Shown here one piece after another: positions 37,501 through 49,532 of a stretch of DNA of 64,000 nt. The DNA is from Takakia lepidozioides. Its lineage: Eukaryota; Plantae; Bryophyta. Within the stretch, counting starts at the first letter, position 1. Every line of letters begins with the position of its first letter. The stretch spans positions 8,122,001 to 8,186,000 of the forward strand of contig CM060733.1 of NCBI GenBank assembly GCA_030704615.1. The letters are read 5' to 3'. The notes beneath the pieces were generated by a model that had not been told where the DNA came from, did not search any database, and was given only the letters and a program-made list of their open reading frames with translations. Made by a program: the position numbers and the translations under genes.

Positions 37501-39490
37501 GCTGGGCATGTGAAGATGCTTTGTGAGGCAGGCAGACTGACAGAGGCTCTACAACTTTAAACTAACAAGGCATTTCAGCAGATTCAGATACGTCTGTCTG
37601 TCTCTTGCTTAAGTGCATCAAGATGAAAGGTCTGGAAGCTGGAAACAGGTGCACACTCACATTATCCAAAGTGATTAACGCCAAATGTTTTTCTACTCAA
37701 CACCCTTGTCAACATGTATGTTAAGTGTGGGAGCATCATGGATGCTCACCAGGTTTTCCACAGAATGCCTCGACCATCTTTGATCACGTGGAATATAATG
37801 TTGGCAGGATTTACCAAGCATGGGTGTGGTAGGAATGCTTTGGAGACCTATGAGCAAATGTTGCACATCACGTTCGTTTGTGTTTGCAATTTGTGTGCAA
37901 GCCTGGGAGCCCTGGAACAGAGGAAAGAGGTCCATGATGACATCGTGAAAGCTGGAATTGTACCAGATGTCATTCTGAACACTGCCCTGGTCGACATGTA
38001 TGCCAAATGTAAGTGCATTAAGGATGCAAAGGCAGTTTTCAACACTATGGCTGAACGAGATGTGGTGTCGTGGCACGCGATGCTTGCAGGGTATGCATAG
38101 CAGGGACGTGGGATGGTGGCTTTGGAGACCTATGATCAAATGATGGGGGAAGGGGTGAAACCCGACCACATCACGTTTGTGTGCGGTTGCAGTGCGTGTG
38201 CAAGCCTGGCAGCCCTGGAAAAGGGCAAAGAGGCCCCATGGCAACATTGTCAGAGCTGATGTGGTGTCGTAGAACTCGATGCTTGCAGGGTATGCACAGC
38301 AGGGGCACTGGATGGAGGCTTTGGCTCCAGATGTTGTGCTTGGCACACTATGTAAACCCACTATGTAAGACCAGGGAGTAGTTGAGCAACTCAGTCTCAA
38401 CCCTTTCCTAGTGCCAACAAATGATGTGGATTCACGCCAAAAAGGTCGCTGGAAAGCAGGTCCACACTCACAAGCATCGCAGGGTATGCAGAGCAGGGCG
38501 TGTGATGGTGGATTTGGAGACCTATGATCAAATGATGGGGGAAGGGGTGAAGCCCCAACCACATCACGTTTTTGTGTGTTTGCAATGCTTATGCAAGCCT
38601 GGCAGCCCTGGAAAAGGTCAAAGAGGTCTATGTTGACATTGTCAAAGCTGGAATTGTACCAGATGTCATTCTGAACTCTGCCCTGGTGGACATGTATGCC
38701 CAATGTGGGTGCATTGAGGATGCAAAGCAAGGAACTTATGTGTACTCTGTTTATATACTGGGTTGGCAGGGAGGCTTTGGAGAATGTGAATGGGTGATGC
38801 TTGCAGGGTATGCACAGCAGGGACATGGTATGGAGGCTTTGGAGACCTATGATCAAATAGATGGGGGAAGGGGTGAAGCCCAACCACATCACGTTGCAGC
38901 ATACTGGTACTTCACAGCCATGGCGGCTCTCTCAACCCCTCCATTTTTTTTTCTTTTGGTTTTTTTGGCGCTGGGAGAGAGCAGCAGCTCTGCTGTCTCC
39001 TTCCCCTTGCTTATGCCGATCGTTAAAGGGGAAATTGTCATTCTAAACTCTGCCTTGGTGGACATGTATGCCAAATGTGGGTGCAGCAAGCCTGCTGTGA
39101 AGGGAGAGTTTGACAATATGGCTGAACGAGTTGTGGTATTTTGGAGTGCCATGATTGCAAGGTATGTGCAGCATGGGTATGGGATTAAGGCTTTGGAAAC
39201 ATAAGAGCAAATGATGTGGGAAGGGATGAAGCCAGACCAGGCCGTCATGTTCATTTGTTTTTGTAATATGCATATGCGAGCCTAGCAGCCCTGGGAAGGG
39301 GCAAAGAGGTTTATGGTGACATTATCCAAGCTGGAAATGTACTAGATGTCATTCTGAACATTCCCCTGGTGTACATCTACGTCAAATGTGAGCCTGGCAG
39401 CCCTCAAAAGGGCACAAAGGTCCATGATGACATCGTCAAAGCTGGAGTTGTCACTCTAAACAGTGCCTTGGTGGATATGTATTTCAAGGC
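37500..39490 (+). pseudogene. PLS-class PPR array, frameshifted, directly downstream of the PDF exons
   Basis: VKMLCEAGRLTEAL..LLLKCIKMK..NTLVNMYVKCGSIMDAHQVFHRMPRPSLITWNIMLAGF, followed by repeated VDMYAKCG/AERDVVSW motifs. Confidence 0.88.
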
Positions 39491-40530
39491 AGCCCTGGAA
39501 GTGGATGTCACTTTGGGTGACAAGGTAGCTGGCACCACCATTCTCTGGAACTACCTGAATTCATTCTCAAAATGATTTCTAATGTTCTCTTGACATGTCC
39601 ACGATAGTGCTGGACCTAGCTGGACAGCAGAGTATCCTTACTCAATGACTTCAGTTGGGCAGTGATCTATGGATATGGCAACATGGCCCTCATGTTGGTC
39701 ATTTGTAGAATGTGGCCAAAACTTGTTTTGCAAAACACTGTTGATATAAACCAGTTTTGAAACCATCCAAATGTTTTTGGTTCCGACCTGTATTTGTATT
39801 CTATGTTTTGTTGTATTTGTAATATATTTTCAATGCAGTGCAGCGAATCAAAATATTTAAATACAATATCCACTAATTCACCTACGAACAGATATAAACT
39901 AAAAGTAAATGAAAAAACGAAATATTAAATAAAAAGCCTCCCAATTCATATATATATATTGTATATAAATATATATGTATATGTATATATGTATGTATTT
40001 TTATATTTATATGTATATATGTATATACACCTCCAGAGTGAAACATATTTACTAAAATGTGTCCTCTTTTACTGCTTCACAGTAGAATATTACGATATAC
40101 AAAGTCAAGCAAACTCACTATCACTGATTTACAGTCAAACTGTATACTAAACATCATGGAACATAGTCAATATGTTTCACTTCAGTTAAACCACTTTACT
40201 ACACGTCATGCATCCACGTCACTCTGCCCTTAAGCCACTCACTACACGTCATGCATCCACCTTATAATTCAGTTAAACCAATTTACTACACGTCATAGCC
40301 ACGTCATAGCCACGTCGCATCCACGTCATACTGTGCTGCCTACATGTCACCCCCTAGGTTTTACTGTCACATTTCACTGTCAGAACCTGGCATCTGGATT
40401 CGACTGCTTGACTGAAACGACTTGACCTTTGTCACGCATGTTCGACTATGGAGGTTGGGAGTAAAAATGTCGCAAACGACTAAAAAATGAGTCAAATACA
40501 GAGTCGAAAAGCCCAGCTTGTAATGTAGTG

Positions 40531-42925
40531 CATCCTTAAAAAATCGAAAGACGATCCCCACCAAAGCCTCATTTCCATCATGAATACAACCCTTAACAAA
40601 CTTCTTGAAGTCGAGAACCTCCTGTGTGAATAGAGGAATGAATTGCATATCTTGGGAGATCATGAATGACCTCATCAAATCCGGAAGAATGTAGGTGCTG
40701 CGTTCCTTTAGCTTCTTCGAGAGATAGCTAAAGAATCCGTCAATATCCTCATGGGTGTGCCCGACCATGAGAAAACCAAGCTCGATCTCTGCAAAGACAT
40801 CTTTGGCAGTGAGGAGGGATAGGAAAGCAAGCATCCATCTATTCTTATTGTCCTTGGAGGAGTTGTCCATCTGCAAATAAAGTCGTATAGGAAGTGGTCG
40901 AGCACCACGTTTATCGTGCGGCCTACAAGGTTTCAGAATCTCCAAACATCTCGATTTACCTCTCATGAGCGTTTCAAAAAAATCATTTTGAACTTCAGTG
41001 TCGAAAATGTTCCTGGATTCCCGGCATGTCGGCTTTTCCAATTGGTGCAGGCACCGAGCCAGCGACCCAATTGTGAAGTTTGAATTGTCTTTCCAGAACT
41101 CAAGGGAAAATTGAGCGTAAGCTCCATCTCCGTGTCCGTGCGTAACCATTCATGTCAATGAGACAGGCAACTGATCCAATCCGGAGACCATCTTGTTCGT
41201 CGTCTGTAGCTTTGAAATAGCCGTTTTCCTATGATCCATCTTATCATGAATAATACATAGAAACTCCTCCGGAACCATAACGGACTCATTCCTCCAGCTA
41301 TGGTACAGCCTTCTGCATGACTCTTGATGCCTCAAGTGCAAATCAAGCACCCGCTTATGTGCGACCTGTTCGGAACTCCTCTTAATCGACTTCTTGATCA
41401 AGTCCTTGAACATCTCGCATTTTGTGCACTTAGCAAAGGTGCTTCCTATTTTCCGAACCTCCACGTTAGGAAATATTCGATTCCGTATATGGCTTATAGT
41501 TGGCTGCGAGACTCTTTTCAAACGAGCAGTCTGTTTGTCTGCACCCCAACTCCCCAACAATGTCAACGTCCATTGGGCAGTGGAGGTTCTACAAAGTGGA
41601 AGAACAAGAAAACAAGATGGCATCAAAAAGAATAAAATCATCTACAGTATTTTGAAAAACGAAAGGGGACAACAAATAACAGTCACCTCGTTGGACTCCT
41701 CTCGAATTCTCTTCCAGTTCATTTCGGGTGGCAAAATTCTCAAAGTATCCCGACGTCCCTCTCCAATGCAACGTGTTTTGTGAGGCATAAGGTCAATATT
41801 GGCATTGATAATGGACATAATGTTCCCCTCTGCCTGGAGTGTCCCTGGTCGCGGCCGCTTGACGCCACGAATTCCGTGGAAAGATGACAAACAACCCTCT
41901 TTACTGAGCTTTTTGTACTCCATGTACGTTGACCTTCCAATTCCGTGTATTATCCACCATGCTTTCTCACAAACATCAACACCTTCTATCGTAACATACC
42001 ACCTGCGCGATGACCCATCCATAATGTGAAGTCGTTTTGAAACATTCAATCCAAGTTTTCTCCTCTCATCGAATGACGAACCCCTAAATGCAGTACGAAT
42101 TGCCAAGGTTTTTCTCCAATCAAAATACTGGCAGCAATGAAGCTTGCAGCAAGATCATGGAAACCTTCACAAGGAAGGTACTCTCGAATCCGAATGGAAA
42201 TACATCATTGTATTCCTTCGTGAGCCTCTCCTCTATCTTCTCGCATTTTTCCTTGTCAAAAATCTTCCTAGCTTTAGGTCTCTTGTTATTTGACATCAAT
42301 GCTGGATCCTGATCCTCCTTCTGTTTCTTCTTTCCTGCAGAAGTCCTGGCCTCATTGTCATCATTGCCGGCTGTCGACGACTTGCGTTTCCCTTCTTCGG
42401 CTTTGATGCTTCCTGTAGTGCTCGCTTCTTGCGAATGTCGTTCCCCATTGCGTGCAGAAGATCCAGAAAAATACTCCAGGCCCTTGACAAACCTACGTCT
42501 GTAAATACTGAGCCCTCGTCTGGAAATCTAAAACCCAGTGAAACGCATTCACTCATCAACGACTTGTTCAGACGACCCACCTCCACTTTGAAACCAAAAG
42601 TCATGGGGATTCTCGCATCCTCATGCAGGAACAAAACCAACATCGGGTTTTCCTCTTCAGATTCAAGCTCTATATCGAGAGCTTCTGCGTATTTCAAGTC
42701 TGTTATTACTCCAAGACTTCTGTAATGAAAAAACAGTTTGTGATCAGGAGGTGTACCGATTGGCACGATGCCCCAATCTGTCACCTCTGGGTTAAGCTCA
42801 AAAATAGCGGTATGCTCAGTTTTGAAATGTGAGGACTTCCGGCATACGAATGCGCCACAAATATCTCCAATCAATCCCGGGACGCAATCTGGTGGTGTAG
42901 GATGTCTTCTGTTACAACCAAACAC
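40531..42925 (-). pseudogene. DDD/E transposase, Sola-like (GHTHEDID type), N-terminal and catalytic part
   Basis: SCCKLHCCQYF, VCEKAWWIIHGIGRSTY, FAKCTKC, HLRHQESCRRLY, IIHDKMD, LYLQMDNSSKDNKN, FLMVGHTHEDIDGFFSYLSKKL. One intron at ~41540-41686; stops and frameshifts present. Superfamily assignment is from memory of motifs. Confidence 0.75.
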
Positions 42926-43229
42926 AAATTCATTAGATAATCAAATAACATGATCTCTCTTACAAGCATCCATCATTCCAGAAATGAGAACCTCCACTGG
43001 ACAGTGGAGGTTCGTATGTACGAGTCTTTCTACATGAAATGGGAAATCCTCCATATTTTACAGATGTTGAAGAAAAAAACTTTAATGAAAATGAGGCTCA
43101 GGAGCCATTGAGTACATCATCTTGAAACATGACTAATCTACAATAGAAATCTTCGAACCTAATTCGTCCAAAATATACTAAGGAACTTCTCGCATATATT
43201 CAGACGATTCTAGATTATATACCCAAGAA

Positions 43230-43883
43230 CTACAGAATGCTCCTTCTTATCTCTCTGAGTGTATCAGGCGAATAGTCTAGAGGGGTATATTTTGGGGATC
43301 CGGTGATACTATCAAGAGATGCAGGGGAGTATCCTGGAGATCCGGAGACGTCCAGTAGTTCCAGGACTCCCCTGCTCGTTTCAGTGTCCAGGAGGAAGTT
43401 TGGAGGATAATATCTTTCAGATCCTGATGTGGATTCAGGAGATGCTGGCGAGTAACCCGGAGATGCTGGATATCCAAAAATGGTCACTCGTATCGCCGCC
43501 AATGTGTCTGGGGAATAGTCTAAAGGGGTGTATGTCGGATAATCTTGGGAGTAGGCAGGAGATCCGTTGATATCATTGTTTACATTAACGCTTTCTCTTA
43601 TTTCCGCCAGGGTATCCTTACAGATGACTTCAGGTGTATTGTTCAGAGATTCGGATGCGTTCCGCAGGGATTCTACAGTCACATTTTCGTCATTGACAGA
43701 CACTTTGTTCGGCTCGGTAGACCCCCAATTGGATTTTTCATCTGGTTCCGAAACACCATGTTTTTGATCTGGACGGTCCGCTTCCATCACGTCTACCGAA
43801 CACCGTCTCTTGCTCCAATTTAATCTGGCTATCTTGTACTCATAGTCAGACACCGGTTCCCCACCCTCGTTCCTGTTTCTCAT
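43230..43883 (-). CDS. 217-aa ORF/exon with RNA Pol II CTD-like Tyr-Ser-Pro repeats
   Basis: Contains SPAYSQDYPTYTPLDYSPDT, YPASPGYSPASPES and SPGYSPASLDS..SPKYTPLDYSPDT. An AG acceptor precedes the ATG. It lies upstream of and co-oriented with the transposase. Confidence 0.6.
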   Translation of the reverse strand: MRNRNEGGEPVSDYEYKIARLNWSKRRCSVDVMEADRPDQKHGVSEPDEKSNWGSTEPNKVSVNDENVTVESLRNASESLNNTPEVICKDTLAEIRESVNVNNDINGSPAYSQDYPTYTPLDYSPDTLAAIRVTIFGYPASPGYSPASPESTSGSERYYPPNFLLDTETSRGVLELLDVSGSPGYSPASLDSITGSPKYTPLDYSPDTLREIRRSIL

Positions 43884-45763
43884 TCTGACATAAAAACTAA
43901 TCAGAGTGTGTAACTAGCTGACCCAAAGAAATATCGAACCTCCACTGGGTAGTGGAGGTTCCCAATTATCATATCCCAGTCTCGTTGGAGGGTATGTGTC
44001 ACACTTACAATGTTACACATATGATTCCATCACTCATTCCCACATCGTCTCAAACTGATTTCAATTTTCCCGTAATTATCCGATTTCGTCCTTACTTTAA
44101 AAAAATGCCTTTCAGCTTCCGCATACAGAATTCATGCGAACCTCCACTGGGCAGTGGAGGTTCCAGTTTGTGGTTGCTCATGTGCATGACATGGGTCTAC
44201 GAATACTCTACTTTGGCCTGCACGAAGCCTACTGTTAGCATATGTCTACTGTAGAATACAAGTAGACTAGGCTATCGTGGTTTTTCAGAATTGCCAAATT
44301 CGACATAATTGGATAAGAAATGAAAATTTCCATTCAGAATCGAATTTGAATGGGAAGAAATGCATCAACTAACGCTAGATTTGGGGATCAAGAAAACGGT
44401 TGAGAAATAAACATCCGGGCATTTCCGAAACCACTGTCCTCAATAAACCACCACAATGAACAAAACAAGCAATACAACCAGCACGGTAATCTCCCGCCAC
44501 CCTAAACCATTACCCTAATCGGCCAGAACAAGCACACACAAACCCAATTGCACACAAAACCACCACACAAAACCACCCTACAAACCATCGGTGAATTGAA
44601 AAACAACAGTGAAGCAATGACGCAGGAATGCACTGAAGCACAGAATGGAGCAGGAGTGAAATGAATTGACAGAGAATGAAACAGCATTGAAGCAAACAAC
44701 GAAACAAATAACGAAACAAAAACCTAATGTGCACTAAAGCACGGACTGAAGCATTGAAGACAGTGCAATGCAGCAGAGAATGAAGCAGGATCCAAACGAA
44801 TTGAATCTTGAACAGGCCACATGAATCGAGAGCGGGCCAACACAAAACTGAGAACAGGCCAACACATGAATTCAGAACAGGCCAACACAAAACATGAAAC
44901 AGAAGACGAAAAGAGGGAGTTTTTAATGTTGTACTTGCTTGTGCCGGCCATTTTGGTGCCCCTGCAACCACAATCCTTCGTTTGATACTCTCTTCCGCAC
45001 CTCCGCCTGCCGGTAATTGCACTATGCTCTCGCCTCTACACTCGTCAAATCTCCACTCGCCACTGTCCGGTCTCTCCTCCCCGCTCTTCAAATTTTGCCT
45101 ATTTCACTCTCTCACCTTTCAACCTCTCCTCTCTCAACTGTTAAGCTCTCACTCGCGCAGCGCTTACGCGTAGAAAATGGGAAGTCCAAAGGCCGGGCTC
45201 AAAGAGCGCACCCCTTATAAGCGACCTTTAAGGATGATCTGAACCATCGCCTCCGTCCGAAATCGAACGGTCGCGCGGCCCAAATGGATGTTCTGCCCCG
45301 TCCACGCAAACTAACATTAATACTGTCCATCCACACAGATGAAATTAGTTCAAATTTTGTTCCACGAATGCACACACGTTTGGACAGACGACTGGATAGA
45401 CGAATGAAAAAAGGACGAAACGATTGTAATGACGCCATTGGTCAAACTCTGCAACCCTCACGCTTACAAAAATCTTAAAATAAATTCGAAGCCAACAAAC
45501 CTTAACCCACGCCCCAAACGCACATGTGACCATCCACGTGACACGCCTATGCAGTCGTTTCAAACTCAATCTGCCAAAGGACACAACGCTATACCTACGG
45601 ATTCGTCACACTATATAATCATTGTCTCATATTGAGCCGTCCACAATTACTTACGGCTGTTAGCCGCCAGGCGTCAATATTCCCTGACAGACATACGGCT
45701 TTAAGGATAGTAGATGGCCCCTCGTGTCGGGCATTCCTCGATTTACGGTCCAGAGCCACCATA

Positions 45764-48700
45764 CACTACAACAGATGAGCGTTTTTATGACTGCACATAT
45801 GACTATTTTTTCAGTCCTATATGCGTCCATGACTACATCACTCTATAGTGAAAAAAACCCTGTCATAGCGACTAGTCTTTAGGACTGCATTTTGCAAGTC
45901 ATAGCCGTGACTGCGTGCGTGCCTGGAGTTATGCATAAGAGAGTGATGTAGTTACAACTCTATGACTTACATACGACTAACTATATGACTACATTGTCTG
46001 ATGAGCGTTGCCTACATGGAGAGGCTTTAGAGGAACACGTGCACCACTGCGCAAGCGACACGTCACGACACCTGTTGCACTTCAGATGTGACATGTGGCA
46101 CTTAGACATAATATATGACTAGCATATATGGCAGGGTTTATGCCACGTGTCATCAAGAATGTCTCTGAAAATAATTTAATAGTTATATTTGTAATTTTAA
46201 ATTCTTAAATTTATATTTTATTTTTGAAAACAGGGGATAGCAGCTTGGAATTTTTTATTAAATGGTATTATTTTTTAATTTAATAATTTTATATAAAATA
46301 AAAATATATTAAATGATTTAAATTCTTTCATTATATGGTGAAATTCTGATATAAAAACAGAATGGATCCCTCTTGCATACTAGTAACCACAAGGACATTC
46401 AAAATAGACAAGTACAGGGAAATACACGCCCTTATATTACAAAAATCCAAATGAGACCAATGTCCCAATGGACACCTCGAAGGCCACAAGGTCCAAAAAT
46501 CCATGCTTGAAAAGGTCCAGTAAGCAAAAAATAAGCAAGCCCACACATGGGCTGAATTGTTGTAATACTAGTTTGTTCTAGTGCTACTAGAATCAAGGAC
46601 CCTGTTAAACAGTGCAATACTTACGGCCGATTTGATAAGAGGGAAAAACAGGGTGAAATGTGTTGAAGAAGGTGCCTTGATTAACAGTGCCCGATTTGAT
46701 CAATTGTGCCGCTGCTGTTGCAGCTTCCAGTTGACCATCTACCCATGCAGGTTTCTTGTACCTATCCTTCCACAGGGAATCATAGGTAATATGGAGCTTG
46801 AAATCCGGCCCTCTTGGATGAATGTGGACCCACACATCTATCCCTGCTCCTTCAACTATCCATGCCCCTGCACAAATCATGCATACATCCTCGCCTTACT
46901 GCTAGCAGCTGACAATGACAGCCAAGTTCTATGACCCAAACCCAGAGTGAGCACAATGGCTTTGTAAGGCCAATGCCTACAGGGCATATTCAATACTACA
47001 ATGAGGATACGCAAGCAGCAGATACCATGTGCAAATAAAAAAACAACAAAGGTGGTGAAGGTGCGCAACCTGCCAAAGAGAGGGCGGAGTTGAGGAAGGA
47101 TGAAGCAACTACAGACATTGCGAAATGCTCTGATGCGGGCAGAAGGGAAGACCCAGGCCCTGTCGGGGTTCAGCTAGCAAAAGAACAAGCTGCTGACAGC
47201 AACAACATGGAAGTAGAGTGGATACAAGTTGATTTTGACAAACCTGAGTCCATCAGACAAGGCATTAGAAGGCCCAAACAAAGAACACTGTCTAAAATCT
47301 GTAATAACATGAGACACAGTCGTCACACACTAACCCAACATGGGTCTTGGCAAACTTTCAGCAAAGCTGAAACAATCACATAAGCAAAAAAAAAAGGGAA
47401 GATGTATGGAATACCTTTTGCAGTGATCAATGAGTACGTGGAAGGAGGAGAAGCTTACCCATTGCCAAGCACGGAATACATGATGCAACCAACAGTATCA
47501 TGTCAGTTCACTCATAATGAGCTGGAGGCACTGGATGAGTTGGACGAGATATACCATATAAGTGATCACACTCCAATAAAACTACAACAACACCCCACAT
47601 CAACATGTTGACACGGGGAAGTGCAAAGAAGGCCAAAATAGGGGATGGGATGCCTATTCTGCAGAAATCCAGCCAAGACATCAAGGATTTAGGGCAAAAA
47701 CATGGATTTGGTGAAGAAGAATGCATTGGCATGGACAACATCTACAGCTCAGCAGGGTTTGAGCGCCAACCAGAGATATTCATGGGAGAGGGTGACAAAA
47801 GCGAGGAAGAAGCCAAAACACAAAGCCTTGACGCATTCACTGAAGACTGGGTAGACAAACAGATAAGAGAAGACAGCTCGCAAGAAACGGATAAGAGGGA
47901 AAAACAGGGTGAAATGTGTTGAAGGAGGTGCCTTCAGTAGAAGTGCCTGACCTTATCAATTGTGCTGCTGTTGCTGCCGCTTCCAGTTGACCATCTATCC
48001 ATGTAGGTTTCTTGTAGCTATCCTTCCACAGGGAATCATAGGTAATGTGGAGCTTGAAATCCAGCCCTCTTGGATGAATCTGGACCCACACTCTATCCCT
48101 GCTCCTTCAGCTATCCATGCCTCTGACAGTCTAGAATTCTACCAGCAAACACCCCAACCATACTGGTGTGGAGTTCTTCCCCAAAACACCCCAACCCTAC
48201 TTATCACAATCTGAAATGCATCTGCTTCTCTCTGTAGTCCAACAGGCATTCGTCTTTTTGTCTCCATTGTCCCACCATTGACTGGGGTCGGAAAGTGTTC
48301 ACCTCAAAGCTTCTCCTCACCTCTATTATATGTTTTTGGATACTTCCATGCTGCCACAGTGGCAGTAACTTGCCAAAGTCACTCCAAACCACCACAGATC
48401 TACCCAACGACCTAACTTACAGAATTCAATATGCATCTTGCGGCCGAGTCTGATGAGAGGGCAACACAGGCTGAAATAGGTTGAAGAAGAAGGTACCCTA
48501 CCACAATGTCCTTGACCTGTCCTGACCCATGGAGGATTTGACCGACCATCAACCTAAAAGGACCTCTTGTGTGTGCTGCTTGTGTCTGTAGTCAGGTAAT
48601 GTCGGATTGGTCTGTGAGATCGAACCACTACGGCGTAGCTAAGTAGTTAGAGATTGAAACACGCATGCTAAGACCAAGCTGACTCTCCCAAGAACGGCGA

Positions 48701-49277
48701 GCTCGCTTCTCCTCGTCTCGTCTCCTCCTCCTCTTCTCCTTCGTGCATCATTTGCTCAACGCCTCCATCCCACGCCCCTGCATATCCTGCTATCATCGCG
48801 TTCCATCCCTCGGCTATGTGGTGTGGCGCAGGAGACAAAAAAACGCCAAGTCCCAGCCCTCCTTTCTGTTCACGATTACCCTATTGGGCAACCTTATTAG
48901 CAATTTTTTAACTTTTTAAAACCTAATGGGCAACCTTATTTGCATTATATGTGCCTTCAAAATGACACGTGTAGTGATGTAGTCGTATAAATATCGCTGT
49001 GAAACCATCTTCGGTCATGGAGTCATAAGATTCCATGAAACGTCGTCCACGTGTAGTCAAACATATCACACTAGTCATATAAACCATCCCTGTCATCATG
49101 GTCAACAATGTTTGACCAATGCTCCCTCACTTTCCGGAGTCATGTAGTGATATCCATTACTACAAAGTCATAAAACTATGACTGCAATGCATTTCAGCGC
49201 TTTGTAGTCATCTACCTAGTGCAGTTTTTATGACTCCGCCAAAGCCGTAGTCCTAAAAACGCTCATCTCTTGTAGTG
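45764..49277 (-). mobile_element. Non-autonomous CACTA element A (Pack-type)
   Basis: Termini CACTACAACAGATGAGCGTTTTT and AAAAACGCTCATCTCTTGTAGTG, 3-bp TSD ATA (45761-45763 and 49278-49280), subterminal ATGACT repeats. Internal PDF-motif and PPR fragments are on the minus strand (~46590-46920, ~47880-48810). Confidence 0.92.
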
Positions 49278-49532
49278 ATAGGGACTGCCCATTTATCGAG
49301 GGATACCCGACACGAGGGGTCCATCCCTACATTAGACATGTGCAAGCAAGCAAGGCACGACAGAGCATTCCGCACACCTGTAATGCACCGCCCTCGCTGT
49401 CCAATGCAATGCGCCGACATGTAATGCCCCGCCCTGCCCAAGTGTTTTATTCACTGTAACAGCACGATAAATATAAACAGAACAATCTCAAAGTGCTTTA
49501 TGGTTCACCTCCGGATTCCTCCCAACTAATTA

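Larger units (their letters stand above)
35331..40530. mobile_element. Truncated CACTA-type insertion carrying PDF-motif/PPR fragments
   Basis: The right terminus reads CACTACATTACAAG on the minus strand exactly where the transposase frame breaks (40530), with subterminal CACGTCAT repeats at ~40200-40330. The left terminus was not found and is probably deleted. Confidence 0.65.

Noticed and set aside
37693-38892. 399-aa minus-strand ORF
   Set aside because: It is the antisense shadow of the plus-strand PPR repeats.
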